From: Phoronis australis
Taxonomy: Eukaryota; Animalia; Phoronida
Direction: 5' to 3'
Assembly: GCA_002633005.1 (NCBI GenBank)
Contig: NMRA01000010.1
Coordinates: forward strand, 1,928,516-1,992,515
Length of the DNA stretch: 64,000 bases
The translations under genes and the position numbers were made by a program. Positions within the stretch are counted from its first letter, which is position 1, and each line of letters opens with the position of its first letter. The notes under the pieces were generated by a model, which ran no database searches, was not told where the DNA came from, and was given only the letters and a program-made list of their open reading frames with translations. Below, in pieces: positions 54,501 through 64,000 of this stretch.

Positions 54501-57500
54501 TACCGAATGTGCACAAACTATTTATTTTGTCTCTTTAGCATGTTATCAATAAAATAAAACAACACCAAACCAATTTCAATTTTTTTATTTCATAAAAATA
54601 CAATTTAAAAAAGTCAGGACCAAAGTTGCTGAATAGCTGAGAATGACCCATCTATAACATGTATTCTTTATCTTGATTTGCATTTTCAGGAAGCGTCATG
54701 GCTGTATACAAATTTTTCTATCACAGCTGCACTATTGAAGTTAGACCTTGGACATGTTTTTTTACTGTTAGCCTGGTCACTTGATAGTGAAATCTAGTGA
54801 GATCACGCACTGTGCTTGTAATGCATCATAATATCTTATCAAGTCTGGCACGATTTCCCACAGTGTCAAATTACAAAATTTCGTTGGTCATACCACAGTC
54901 TATTGGTCCAGTTCACCATGCCTGTGTTTTGATTGTGTCTTTGTAGGTTTTGCAAGATGATTGTTGACAACACGCGAGACATTCTGATAAAGAAACTGCA
55001 TTACTGTGAAGAACAGTACAGACATAAGACTACTGTGTTGTAAGTAAACCTCTCAGATGAGTACAGAATAGCATTTTGCCACTAGGTGGTGTTAGTGAAA
55101 TAAAGGTCCTGTATGTATAAATCTGTGTGCATTGAGGTAGTACTTTTTGACCCTGTGACCACAGTCGTCATCATACTGATCTCGCTGTGTTCAAATGTTC
55201 AAAAAAGGAACCTGTCTTCATTAGTATCACTTAGTCATCATTGAGTCACGCAATGGCTGAAGTATATTTTCCCAGGATTCCCTGATCAATACTCTATAGG
55301 TAGTGCTAATTAACGGATGTCCGTGCTTTAATGCCCAAACGGGAACATTCGTCACGTGTTGGCATGTATACATTTATATTGGCAGGACTGTTGATTTACT
55401 GAACCCTTTTTGTGAAGTTCAAACTTCACATTTCTTGCTTGATTAGGTTCAGTAAATAGTTCAATTCTCATAACCATGTTCTTCTGACCCTGTAGCATTT
55501 GACCGTGATTAACAAAAATTGACATTTTCACATTTTTCAAAGGCTGATTACCTCGCTGCAAACATTGGAAACGTTACCAAAAATACTTTTTATGACATCT
55601 ACACACGACAACCAACGCTGGTGGTCAACTAAAATATTAAATCTTTCTTTCTGTGGGTAAATTTTGTCGGCCATGTTGTACTTTAAATAGGTGAAAAAGA
55701 ACCATATGTAAGATAATGTTACTTCCGCTCTCTTGTAAAACTTGTTTGGAAATACGTTCCACATTTGTTAGTGACTGAGTCTTGTAATGTTTCGTATGCA
55801 GTTAGATCAGTTTCTTGTTAAACTTCTGTTCATTTTTTCCAGCACAAAAGAGTCTCCGTACTTACTGCGAATGAAGAAGGAACAGCGCGAAGCCAACTTC
55901 AAAGTGGCACGGGACGAACTGAAAGTACTTGGCAACTTTGTGCGTCTTCTCGACCAAGTGATACTGGCGCGCCTAGTGAGCATCGCCAGAAATAATGTAG
56001 AACAATTTGTGAAGGACATTGTTGACATGAACCCAGGTGATCTGCGAAGGAACGGACTTTTCAAGATCAACATTACATTCACTGATAAAGGTACTGATCT
56101 TTTTTACAATTCTTATTAATTTACACTTTCTAGTCTACTCTACGTAAATGCAATACAACAACACGTGAAATGGGATGTACCTAAGTGACACAGTGACTGT
56201 TTCCTCCTCCGTTTTGATGGGTTATGGAACCCGAAACTTAACTATATTAATTTATTAGTCTTGACGTTCAAAATGACTTCTGCACAATCAGTACATCGTT
56301 AGCTAATGCAAAGAATGTTTTCAGGCTTGATAAAATTTATTTATTCATCTTAATCTGTTGACATTGTAATAGTGACTTCTGTAGCTATAATTCTTCTGAA
56401 CAAAACATAGTTCAAAATGGAATTATGTAACATGTTTCATTTGATTACATCTTAACTATATTGGGATCGCATCACGTAGACTTTGTTGGATTTTTTCCCG
56501 GTCTACACACCTGTACGGTATGACATTTCTCCTGAAACTGATTGTGATTCTCTCAGTGACGGTCTTGTCTATTTCATAGGTGTCGTCGGCATGAGTCCAT
56601 CTCGTGAGGACTACACTAGAGTCCTGGGTAAGACTTTGAATGAGATCCCTGGTATTCTGAGTGAAGCAGCGATGCCACTGGATGGATCAGAGGAACCCAA
56701 GGCTACTGCCAGGTCAGTTTTGATGGGGACGTCCATGTCAGTGCATTGCTCTGCCAAAATATCGAGCTTCTCTTAAACAAGCAAATGTTTGTAAAAGTTA
56801 AATTGTTGCTGGTATCTAGTATTCAGAAGCAAGAATTGAAATGTTTTTTTGAAAATTGATTTGCAGATTATGAACATTGTTGTCCCTACACAGTTTTCAT
56901 AAAACGTCACTGGGAAATATTTAGAATAATGTTATTTTTTTTACATTAGCAAGATAGCCAGAATTTGTGCAATAGAAAACTGACTATTTTGGGCAAATGT
57001 AGTGTGTGGAATTGTTGAAGAATTCGTCTTGGATGTTTAGGATAGTCTAAATATGGTGATTTATTTGTTGGACTATTAAAAATAACTGTAAATCACAAAC
57101 GCATTGTTTTTTTGGGTAATTTACCACAGGTCTCAGATGGAGGCTGAGCCAATGACACCCGTGTCAGACATAAAACGTAATGGCGAGTCAGCCATGGCAT
57201 CAGACTGCGGGGAAATTGACGATGATGACGATGATGTCATGCTGGGAGGTGACGATAATGAGAGCATAGGCTCCGTGAGCGACGTAACAGATCCACGTGT
57301 TGTACTGAAACAACAGCTGTCAAGCAGTTCAATACTAACAAAGCCGCGACTACAAGACGAAGGTGAGTGGAGTTTGTTCTTCTTTGGCTATTGTTTGGAA
57401 ACAGAGCTGAGTCAGTTACACATTAGTAGCTATAATCAGTGGGAGACTCGCTAGGTGGCGTTAATGAAGGGAGTTTCCTATTTTCTTATATGATTGAATT

Positions 57501-60500
57501 GAGAACAGTAAGGTTTTCGTCTACATGGGGGTATGTGTGGTAAAAAGTACCATGGGACCTGAATTAGTGTGATTGGTCAGATGGACTTTTGTTTCAATAC
57601 TGTCATCTGGTGGCTTTCAAAAGTCAGATTCTACTTAATATGCAGACTACATTTTAGACTTGGAGGGGGTAACTAGTCTGCGTAGTGGCTTAGAATTTTT
57701 CGGGTAGTTGTAAATCATGGTGTGATTCACTCACAGTAGGCCTTTTGAAATTGACAAGCAAGGTCAGTGAAAGCAGTTCTTTCTAAACCATCCTTTTAGT
57801 AAAAAATAACTCTCAATTGGTATGTGTTACCCAACGCAGCTTAAGACGAGGTTTATGATCATAGCTGAGAAGATAATTGTTTCACTATCCCCTATGGATT
57901 CTGAACAGCCTGAGCTTTCAATGAAAACGAGAAACAGAAGCTCAGTCACAGTTTCTAATGTCATCCAATGTATTAAAAATAGGGCGATTTGTAAACCAGG
58001 CATTCTGGTGTATTTTGTTAATGATGTATTTGTTGCAGTAAATTACAAATCTTGTTTTGTCCCCCCGATTCAGGTTTTATACAACATGTCAACTTTGATT
58101 GTATTACAGAAACCGAACAAGATGTGCCGGAACTAGTCGATTTGTTTGTCGAAAACAACTGTAACACATTTTCCCATAGTATGACATATTACATGTTACC
58201 TTACACTTTTCCCTTATAATGCTGGGTCACTGGGCTTAGTGTACTCTTAACACACAACTTCAGAACTTAAAGCAGACTTTGCTGAAATTACACTTCAAGT
58301 GCTTAATATTTATAAATCATGCACTGCAGCTCGCAAACATTTTGCCAAACGGGAACTGGCAGCAACAACGCCGTACCCATTTGATAAACTGTCTGTTGAG
58401 TGTACTGTGGGAGCTGTTCTGTTTAAACTAAAAAGCAGGATTTTTTAGCTTTTGGGTCACAAAAATGTCACAAGTAGTGATCATCTGGCTTTGTTACATT
58501 ATGATGTCTCAATTTTAGAATGCGAAAATTTATTGAATCCTTTTCTGTTTTGCTTGTCCTGTGAACAGTTTAAATCCCTAGTCAAGTACAGTTTTAGTGC
58601 TTAACTTCTATCATTTCTGCTTTAAATTGACCTGTGCATGCTGACCCTTTTTTAAACGTCGTGCAGAAATGTCTGCATTGGTTATGGTTTGTGCAATTCA
58701 ATTTGAAGTTGACGTTTAGTGCATTATTTTAGTAATTAAGGCCAAAGATTATAGCATTGGTTCTGGTCTGTTTTTTGTTTTGAAAATCAATACAGTGATT
58801 AGTATTTTTTAGTTGCTTATATTTTCATAAAGAAAAAGTCATCTGTTGTCAGTTGATTGGGTTTTGATCCTTACTCTTTCCCCAGCGTCACCTGATGCTT
58901 GGGGGTAAGGATCCTTGTTTTTGCTACGCAGGGTTACCGGGTGCCAGCTTTGAGGTGATTTTTTTAAAAAAAAGACAGGTATTCAATCAGATCTGGTTAT
59001 GCCATTTTTGCCTGGTGTGTCGCACCAGATTCTAGTACAATGAAAAAGTTGCAGAAATTTTTGCAACCAGGGACGTAATGTAGTTAGAATTTGAAACAAA
59101 GATCAGTTTAGCAATAACTTGTCTTAATCAGGATTTAGCTTCAGTTGACGGAACGTGGGTTCAAGCGTTGTGAATTTCCAAAAAAAAATGAAGAAATTGG
59201 AAGAAGATTGATTTTTGTTTTACGGTTATTAACACCACTGACCTGAAAGTGATACTTAGAAGTTTTTATGGCTGGTGACTGGTAGTGTGGTTTGTTGTAG
59301 GTCACAAAGTATCAAAGGAGTTAACGCTCACAAAATCACATGGCTGGCTGTTAGGTAGTGTTATATTGTTAGACAACTAGGATAGCAAATACGACAATGC
59401 ACAATCGATTCCTCACCACGACATGGTGTTCACTGAGCGTTCAAGAAGACATTGGGTTATTTTGAACAACCTTGTAAATTGTAAGGCCTTGTTTTGGAAA
59501 TAGCAAACTGAATGAAAGATATATAGAATGGAAATCTCATTATGCCGTAGAAATATATCGCAATTGTTTTTAAGTCTGGTCTGGAGCCATCTGTTGGCCA
59601 CATCGCTTGACCTAATAAATATAAGTCTGAAAAGATTTTTTCTGCCCCCGACCATGACTCATATTACACGCTTATATACACAATGGAGATCAAAGGCAGG
59701 ATGCCCACTACTAAGTCTGTTTGGATGTCTGTGTTTGACCAGAGGTCCCGATGGCTCATTGGACCAGAACGTCTGCACGGTTAGCAGAAGGTCAAGGGTT
59801 CAATTCCCAGTCGGGGGCAGAAATCTTTTCATTAGGTCACGTGATGTGGCCAACAGATGGTGTACTGACCAGGCTTGATGAATGAAAAATGTACGACTTG
59901 TTTATCCATCACTATCTTTGCATTACTTTTATAATAACAAGTCTTGCACTTTCTCACCGTCAAACTTTTAATGTTCTACTGTTGTTGCACATTTCTGTTT
60001 TCATCCCATCATTCTCATGTCACCTGCTATGTCATGTCAATCCTCATTTCAAATTCTTTTGAGACTCTCTTTATCTGTATGTATGCAAGGCTTGATAAAG
60101 GTTGATTCTGGTTTTGGGAAATTACATAGAGTCTTTTTTTGAGAGAACTGTTTTGTTTAAAGTTGTTTAATTTTAGTGTAATTGTCAATTAAATGTTAGA
60201 GAACTCAAGGTCACATTTGTTTCGAGATATCATTCATTGTACTTAAATGAGAATGACCATTTTGGCAGATCACTGTATTTCTTTATCATATTGGTGCATT
60301 TTGTATTTTGATTTACAAAGTTTAGTTAATGACTCTTCTGCACGCCTTCCTGTAATTAATTTTGGATCTGATTGTTTTCCAGAGTATTTAACCAAGGAGG
60401 AGGATGAAATGGGAGTTGCCACCCCTGATCTCGTGATGAGAATGGACTCTCCCACTCACATTGCTGGTGAAGGCTTTGTGGGACAATACGATCCTCTTGG

Positions 60501-61335
60501 AAAGGAGAACATTGAACAGAAGCTATTTGGAGAGTAAGGGAACACAACATTATGATAATTTTTGCCTTGTCACTTTTTATTTGGCTCCAATGAAAGTGTC
60601 ACTTTCAGTACTCAATAATATCCTCTAAACGCTACTAGTATCTCCATCTAGTGTGTCGTCATGGTACTAGCCTATACACTTATATTGCTTCCTTAAAGTG
60701 ACTGGGAGGCTTATTGATTCCAGCTGACTGACTTTTCAGTGACTCGTAGCCGGGAATCACTTCAGGCCGAAATAATCGATCGGACATAGTTCCGTTTTCC
60801 CCCATCATGATGTCCAGAGACCAGCCACTCTAAAACGTAAAATTTGTTGCCACTGGTTAAGCAGTCATGACATGCAATTCGGTCATGCTTAGTTGTCATG
60901 GCTAGAAATGTTGCATCGTTTTGTCTCATTACTTTGCCATGTAGTAGAATTTGAGTATGGCATAGTCTGGAACAATTGCATTGTGGTGATAGTGATCTCA
61001 TTCAAAACATTCAAAAGTACCGTGTTTTTCTGATAAATTTGTCTGATTACTTCAACACCTCAATCTTAATGCTTTTGATTAATGGTATAATGCATTTAAT
61101 CCATAAAAGATGACTTTTTTTAAATGAATCGTGACTCCGTAGAAAATTTTTCATTTTCAGTGAAACGTACAAATCAGCCATGAACCTCCTTTCAAGTCGA
61201 CTACGTGAGTCATTAGAAGAGATCCAACAGTTCTGCGATGACCAGTCATGGCTCAACGAAATCCACAGTTTCTGTGTGGCGTGGAAAGCCAGCACGTTGC
61301 TGGAATACAAGAAATCCCAGGCATTCACTATCGAG
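45405..61335 (+). CDS. DNHD1: Dynein heavy chain domain-containing protein 1 (DNHD1)-like, N-terminal 827 codons over 17 exons (gene continues beyond the window)
   Basis: 17 GT-AG exons chain in phase without a stop. The segment MTGRQAVMYFAKCYHVGKIRHMYFNIAPSRHYQPYDLIAVPKNKINPEHYVFSTFGVLHVY..SENMSLADWHRE..IRFIPFFRDYLPRKIFRRW matches the recalled DNHD1 N-terminus (YLNVA.SR.F.PY.L.VVP..K.NPEHYIFSPFGILHV..SE.M.LG.WH....FIPFF...L.RK.F..W), with weaker resemblance to DNAH6/DNAH14 tails. Confidence 0.82.
46223..46330 (+). CDS. DNHD1: DNHD1-like coding exon 2
   Basis: ttgtag|G TTA ATG...GAC AG|gttagt; LMEAREEDNVYPTESDIEELRQDIISAFITALQSD; phase 2/2. Confidence 0.8.
46582..46870 (+). repeat. 29-bp minisatellite (TGTTGAGCCTGGTGTTGAGCAATAATGAC), ~10 copies
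   Basis: Tandem units visible; the unit itself contains two TGTTGAGC sub-repeats. Confidence 0.9.
47199..47277 (+). CDS. DNHD1: DNHD1-like coding exon 3
   Basis: tttcag|T CAT...GAG|gtaagt; HVQWLLLQERMALLLPIKDILVNLPE; phase 2/0. Confidence 0.8.
47314..47389 (+). repeat. Compound (GT)/(TCTG) microsatellite
   Basis: Directly visible. Confidence 0.85.
47765..47866 (+). CDS. DNHD1: DNHD1-like coding exon 4
   Basis: tcacag|GTG...ACG|gtaagt; VQHYLERIIHHFTVNKVRLFDIQLLNALSQVFPT; phase 0/0. Confidence 0.8.
48185..48394 (+). CDS. DNHD1: DNHD1-like coding exon 5
   Basis: tttcag|GAG...CCT|gtgagt; 70 codons, Pro-rich EYDRLRSQGANPPHSY...NPYDTFVP; phase 0/0. Confidence 0.8.
48498..48682 (+). repeat. 12-bp tandem repeat (GCTGTGTTTAGC), ~15 copies
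   Basis: Near-perfect array; explains the spurious TALN/AKHS/FSAV ORFs. Confidence 0.95.
48698..48989. mobile_element. ~290-bp MITE with CAGTGTTCTC TIRs (family also at 22092-22369 and ~44930-45185)
   Basis: CAGTGTTCTCTACAA...TTGTGGAGAACACTG; TACAA on both flanks; internal AAACTCCCCAC..TATGGACATGGACT shared by three copies. Confidence 0.75.
49181..49268 (+). CDS. DNHD1: DNHD1-like coding exon 6
   Basis: ctctag|GAA...AAT G|gtaaaa; ESDERMHTGQIKLTDLRLFIPGVLSELAN; phase 0/1. Confidence 0.78.
49259..49420 (+). repeat. ~27-bp minisatellite (CTGGCCGATGGTAAAAAACAATGTTTA), ~6 copies, overlapping an exon/intron junction
   Basis: First unit spans the exon 6 donor at 49268/49269. Confidence 0.85.
49745..50080. 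mobile_element. Palindromic MITE with ~90-bp inverted arms
   Basis: AACAGCTTAT...ATGACATGGGCAAGAAATTGAATTTTGG..CTCAAAAGTGGGGCC mirrored by GGCCCCACTTTTGAG.CCAAAATTCAATTTCTTGCTCATGTCAT...ATAAGCTGTT. Confidence 0.75.
50446..50562 (+). mobile_element. Diverged SINE copy
   Basis: TAGCTCAGTAGACTAGAAC...CAGTTAGC...GGTTTGAGCTCC...GGGCAGA...GGTCATGTGATGTGACCAACA. Confidence 0.6.
50640..50703 (+). repeat. Compound trinucleotide microsatellite (ATT/ATG/ATC)
   Basis: Directly visible, abuts the exon 7 acceptor. Confidence 0.9.
50709..50860 (+). CDS. DNHD1: DNHD1-like coding exon 7
   Basis: tttcag|AT GAG...GAG|gtcggt; DESVWGRSAGLMSQAADVDIPED...GPEIPAE; phase 1/0. Confidence 0.82.
51466..51615 (+). CDS. 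DNHD1: DNHD1-like coding exon 8
   Basis: tttcag|AAG...AAG|gtaatt; KLPKEPMTGRQAVMYFAKCYHVGKIRHMYFNIAPSRHYQPYDLIAVPKNK; phase 0/0. Confidence 0.88.
52156..52325 (+). CDS. DNHD1: DNHD1-like coding exon 9
   Basis: tcccag|ATC...AGG AG|gtactg; INPEHYVFSTFGVLHVYGDRPSENMSLADWHRESVFYKAIRFIPFFRDYLPRKIFR; phase 0/2. Confidence 0.88.
52824..52982 (+). CDS. DNHD1: DNHD1-like coding exon 10
   Basis: ttctag|G TGG...GCA GA|gtgagt; WLANKRYAQFVRHHKDISKKLIPAIPTYGQSYLEVARLLQELEVLQFLPLDA; phase 2/2. Confidence 0.86.
53532..53615 (+). CDS. DNHD1: DNHD1-like coding exon 11
   Basis: tttcag|A AAA...TTC AT|gtaagt; KTYHLSEFESNVNHRNQTAEKNLGKFF; phase 2/2. Confidence 0.84.
53830..54649. mobile_element. Non-autonomous TIR DNA transposon, Sola2-like (GGG terminus, 4-bp TSD)
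   Basis: Perfect 24-bp TIR GGGTCATTCTCAGCTATTCAGCAA / TTGCTGAATAGCTGAGAATGACCC; ATCT on both flanks; internal N join at 54354, so true length unknown. Confidence 0.8.
54947..55039 (+). CDS. DNHD1: DNHD1-like coding exon 12
   Basis: ttgtag|G TTT...GTG TT|gtaagt; FCKMIVDNTRDILIKKLHYCEEQYRHKTTV; phase 2/2. Confidence 0.84.
55843..56090 (+). CDS. DNHD1: DNHD1-like coding exon 13
   Basis: ttccag|C ACA...AAA G|gtactg; TKESPYLLRMKKEQRE...LGNFVRLLDQVILARLV...GLFKINITFTDK; phase 2/1. Confidence 0.86.
56580..56712 (+). CDS. DNHD1: DNHD1-like coding exon 14
   Basis: tcatag|GT GTC...GCC AG|gtcagt; GVVGMSPSREDYTRVLGKTLNEIPGILSEAAMPLDGSEEPKATA; phase 1/2. Confidence 0.84.
57130..57362 (+). CDS. DNHD1: DNHD1-like coding exon 15 (acidic, low complexity)
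   Basis: ccacag|G TCT...GAA G|gtgagt; SQMEAEPMTPVSD...EIDDDDDDVMLGGDDNES...RLQDE; phase 2/1. Confidence 0.82.
59571..59653 (-). mobile_element. 5'-truncated SINE copy (body only)
   Basis: Reverse complement matches 59809-59877 and 23343-23420. Confidence 0.7.
59744..59877 (+). mobile_element. tRNA-derived SINE (Asn-like GTT loop), most intact copy
   Basis: A box TGGCTCATTGG (59752), B box GGTTCAATTCC (59797), then body GGTCACGTGATGTGGCCAACAGATGG; other copies 23343-23446(-), 50446-50562(+), 59571-59653(-). Confidence 0.75.
60383..60533 (+). CDS. DNHD1: DNHD1-like coding exon 16
   Basis: ttccag|AG TAT...GGA GA|gtaagg; YLTKEEDEMGVATPDLVMRMDSPTHIAGEGFVGQYDPLGKENIEQKLFG; phase 1/2. Confidence 0.82.
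61161..61335 (+). CDS. DNHD1: DNHD1-like coding exon 17
   Basis: tttcag|T GAA...GAG|gtaaag; ETYKSAMNLLSSRLRESLEEIQQFCDDQSWLNEIHSFCVAWKASTLLEYKKSQAFTIE; phase 2/0. Confidence 0.84.
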
Positions 61336-64000
61336 GTAAAGTTGCATTCCGCTGTATGATATTGCCATAATGTAAACCCCGATGCACCCGTTGTGCACAT
61401 TGGTGAGCCTTACTGTGCTGACTTTGTTGAGATAGAGTTGAATGAACTCCCTTGAACTGAATCCTTTTTGAGTGACATCATGGCCTAAACATGATTTGTG
61501 ATGTTGAACGAAGATTCATCTGGTGATGGAAGCACACATGTGAACATTTCACAGACCAAGTCTTTGTTAATTGTAGTACTGCATAAGGTTACCGGAAATT
61601 AACCTTGCTTGCTTGTAAATATAATCCGTGCCTGTTGATTAGAAGTCACATACTCGAAACTGTCGTTAATTTTTCTGTTTAGCAACAGCGCAGCACGGTT
61701 CCTTAACATGGAGTTGAGTTCAGCAGTCTTTTAGGCGATTCAGCCCTGATTTTATTGAAAAATTGCTATTCGTGGAAACTCAAACATTGCTAAACCTATC
61801 GAGCTTGGATAACTGTTGCTATCAACCACTATTCAAGTAAAAACCGTTCAGTACCAGAGCTAAATTTGGTGACCTGCAGGTCGCAAATGTGACCTCTGGT
61901 TTTGTTTAGCAACCTGATAACGTTCCCAGGTCGCCACAAAGTCTTCGCACTATACATCCGAGCTGGCCCAGATGGAAATCAAAATTAGAAAGGTCCCAAT
62001 TGTGTCCGTGTGCATCAGCATGTGAACTTCTGCGCAGGGTGTTAGGCCAATATGTCTTAGGCTGAGAGAGCAATTTGAATATGAAGACTGTTGGGTAATA
62101 CAAGCATGGGATTAGATATTACCATGTGTGGGCAAACTTGGTTTGCATGGTTTACAAAATGTAAGATGTTAACACACGGTGAATAAGAGGCATATATCGT
62201 GTCAAAAGCTTATGGGTCTGAATAGTTATTTAAAACAAAAATTTGGAGGGAGAAATTCTCAGCATATTCTTTTTACCCGTTTTTCTGTCAGTACTGTTAC
62301 ATTTTGTAATGCATGTGTCTCTTGTTTCACTATAGTATCCGGTATGTGGCTTTGTTTGATTGTTGAATTCCGCTGTTCATTGTTACATTTTAAATTGTAT
62401 AGAGTCATGTAGAATGACATAAAACTGTTGGATTTCACTACATTTAACTTTTTGATTAATGTGTAGTGTTCAAAATGTTAAATGATTTCCATTGTAGTTA
62501 TAGTATGATTTTTAACCCTTGTTTATCATGTTTCATTTAACTAATTGCAGGTTGTTTGTTGGTATTGTTTTTTGTTGGTTTTTTGTTGGTTTTGATTTTT
62601 ATTGGTTTCTGAAGGATTGTTGATTGTTTACAATAGTTCTGCAATTTTATGCCCAAAGAGAACCAATGTAGGTCTCTTGCTAGGAATTATTATTCTCCCC
62701 TTGACATTTAGTGTCGTCTGCCATGAAACTGGGCATTTAACATAATTAGCTATTTAATGTTTCTGTTAAATGTTTGTACGGATGGTTATGTAAATAGTTG
62801 TAAAAAGTTCATTTAGGACAAATAATTTTTTGTTAACTAACTAGAATTTGCGCGGGATTGCCTAATCAACTGTAACACCAGCCTTCAGTTCCAAGCAAGA
62901 AGACATTCAACCATTATATGTCCATGTCCCTAGCGACGGGATACCTCTGTATTTGTTTCTGTAGATATCTTGTTTTCTGTTTATTCCTTGGGCTAGGTAC
63001 ACATTTTGTTTTAATTCCTGGCATTTACTCCAGTTATGGTGTACATCTTAAATCTGCGCATAACTGCATAAAATGTTTCCATGGTCAAGATTGCTTTTTG
63101 GGTTAGCAACAAACTAAATTACACTTTCCTTGATGTGTTAAGGTACTCATTGTCAAAAGCTTTAGCCAGCTTCACTTGTGCTCTTATATTTGACTCATAA
63201 GAGATGAGGGTAGCCTGCCTCATCTCTATATAGATAGTGGTACCAGTCAAATCAAGATTTTCACAGTGCTTATTGAAATACATCTGTTTGGAACCCTTTG
63301 AGTCTAATCATGGTGTCACATTTTTTGTGCAATTAGTTATGTAGACAGCCTTCTTTTTCCATTCATTTTTGCGGGCTTTCATAAACGCAGCTGCAGTAAT
63401 GCTTTACCATAGGTTAGATTAGTTGTGATGATTTTTTCAACAGATTCCGTTTTGGGAGAGTTTAGATTTGGAACCTGCAAAATGCCTGGTTTGTATGGAA
63501 TTTCATTATCAAAGGTGTCAGAAGCTCACCCGTGACACATTGTGTTTAAGAAAGTCATTCCTGTTGTGTTTTGTTCAATTTGGGAGCCAAAGCCACCTGT
63601 CTCAGAACTAATCATTGTTACTTTTGTAGTAGTAAAATTTGTTCTGTTAGGAATTTTATGAAATGTGATTATGTGATTATGTTGGCACAAGATTTGTCTC
63701 AAACGTGTCGCAACATATGTTGATTCTATTTAGGAAGCAGTTGCAATTTTCAGCCTGCATTTCTGAAGGATTGAGTCTCAAAATAGACAATATTATCACT
63801 GCCACTAGATGGCATGTAGTACCTTGCAATAGATGGCGCTGTGTGTTACAATATGGCAGCTTCCAGTAAATAACAAATATTGCCCGTGATTTAGAAGACT
63901 TAGGTTTATAGTCAGCTCAAGTTCTTAATGTATTTTTGGAATAGAATTCTTTCACTACTAGGACTTGTAGTAAAAATACTGTACTATGATAAGTGGAATT

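Noticed and set aside
1-64000. Prokaryotic operon, defence system, or autonomous transposase/reverse transcriptase
   Set aside because: No long ORFs, no recognisable RT/DDE/Rep motifs; all coding signal is in short spliceosomal exons

Overview
Intron-rich, AT-rich animal (non-prokaryotic, probably invertebrate bilaterian) genomic DNA. Almost all ORFs in the supplied track are spurious. Two spliced genes lie head-to-head around ~41.3-43.0 kb. (1) Minus strand: the 5' part of an ARHGAP21/23-like RhoGAP gene. Three in-phase exons (21165-21323, 14174-14210, 13625-13811) encode its split N-terminal PDZ domain, there are candidate alternative first exons, and the rest lies left of the window. (2) Plus strand: the 5' part of a DNHD1-like dynein heavy chain gene. 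I could chain 17 GT-AG coding exons in consistent phase from ATG 45405 to 61335 (827 codons, no stop), and the gene runs off the right edge. Introns hold many non-autonomous DNA transposons/MITEs (hAT-like with 8-bp TSDs, one Sola-like with a 4-bp TSD), a tRNA-derived SINE family, and mini/microsatellites. Two apparent tandem duplications abut single-N joins and are most likely uncollapsed haplotypes. I found no new enzymatic system. The most interesting signals are regulatory: a SINE carrying a CTCF-like motif plus an E-box, CTCF-like motifs just downstream of several exons, a minisatellite grown out of a splice donor, and a large candidate alternative N-terminal exon. Protein identities rest on recalled family sequences, not a database search.
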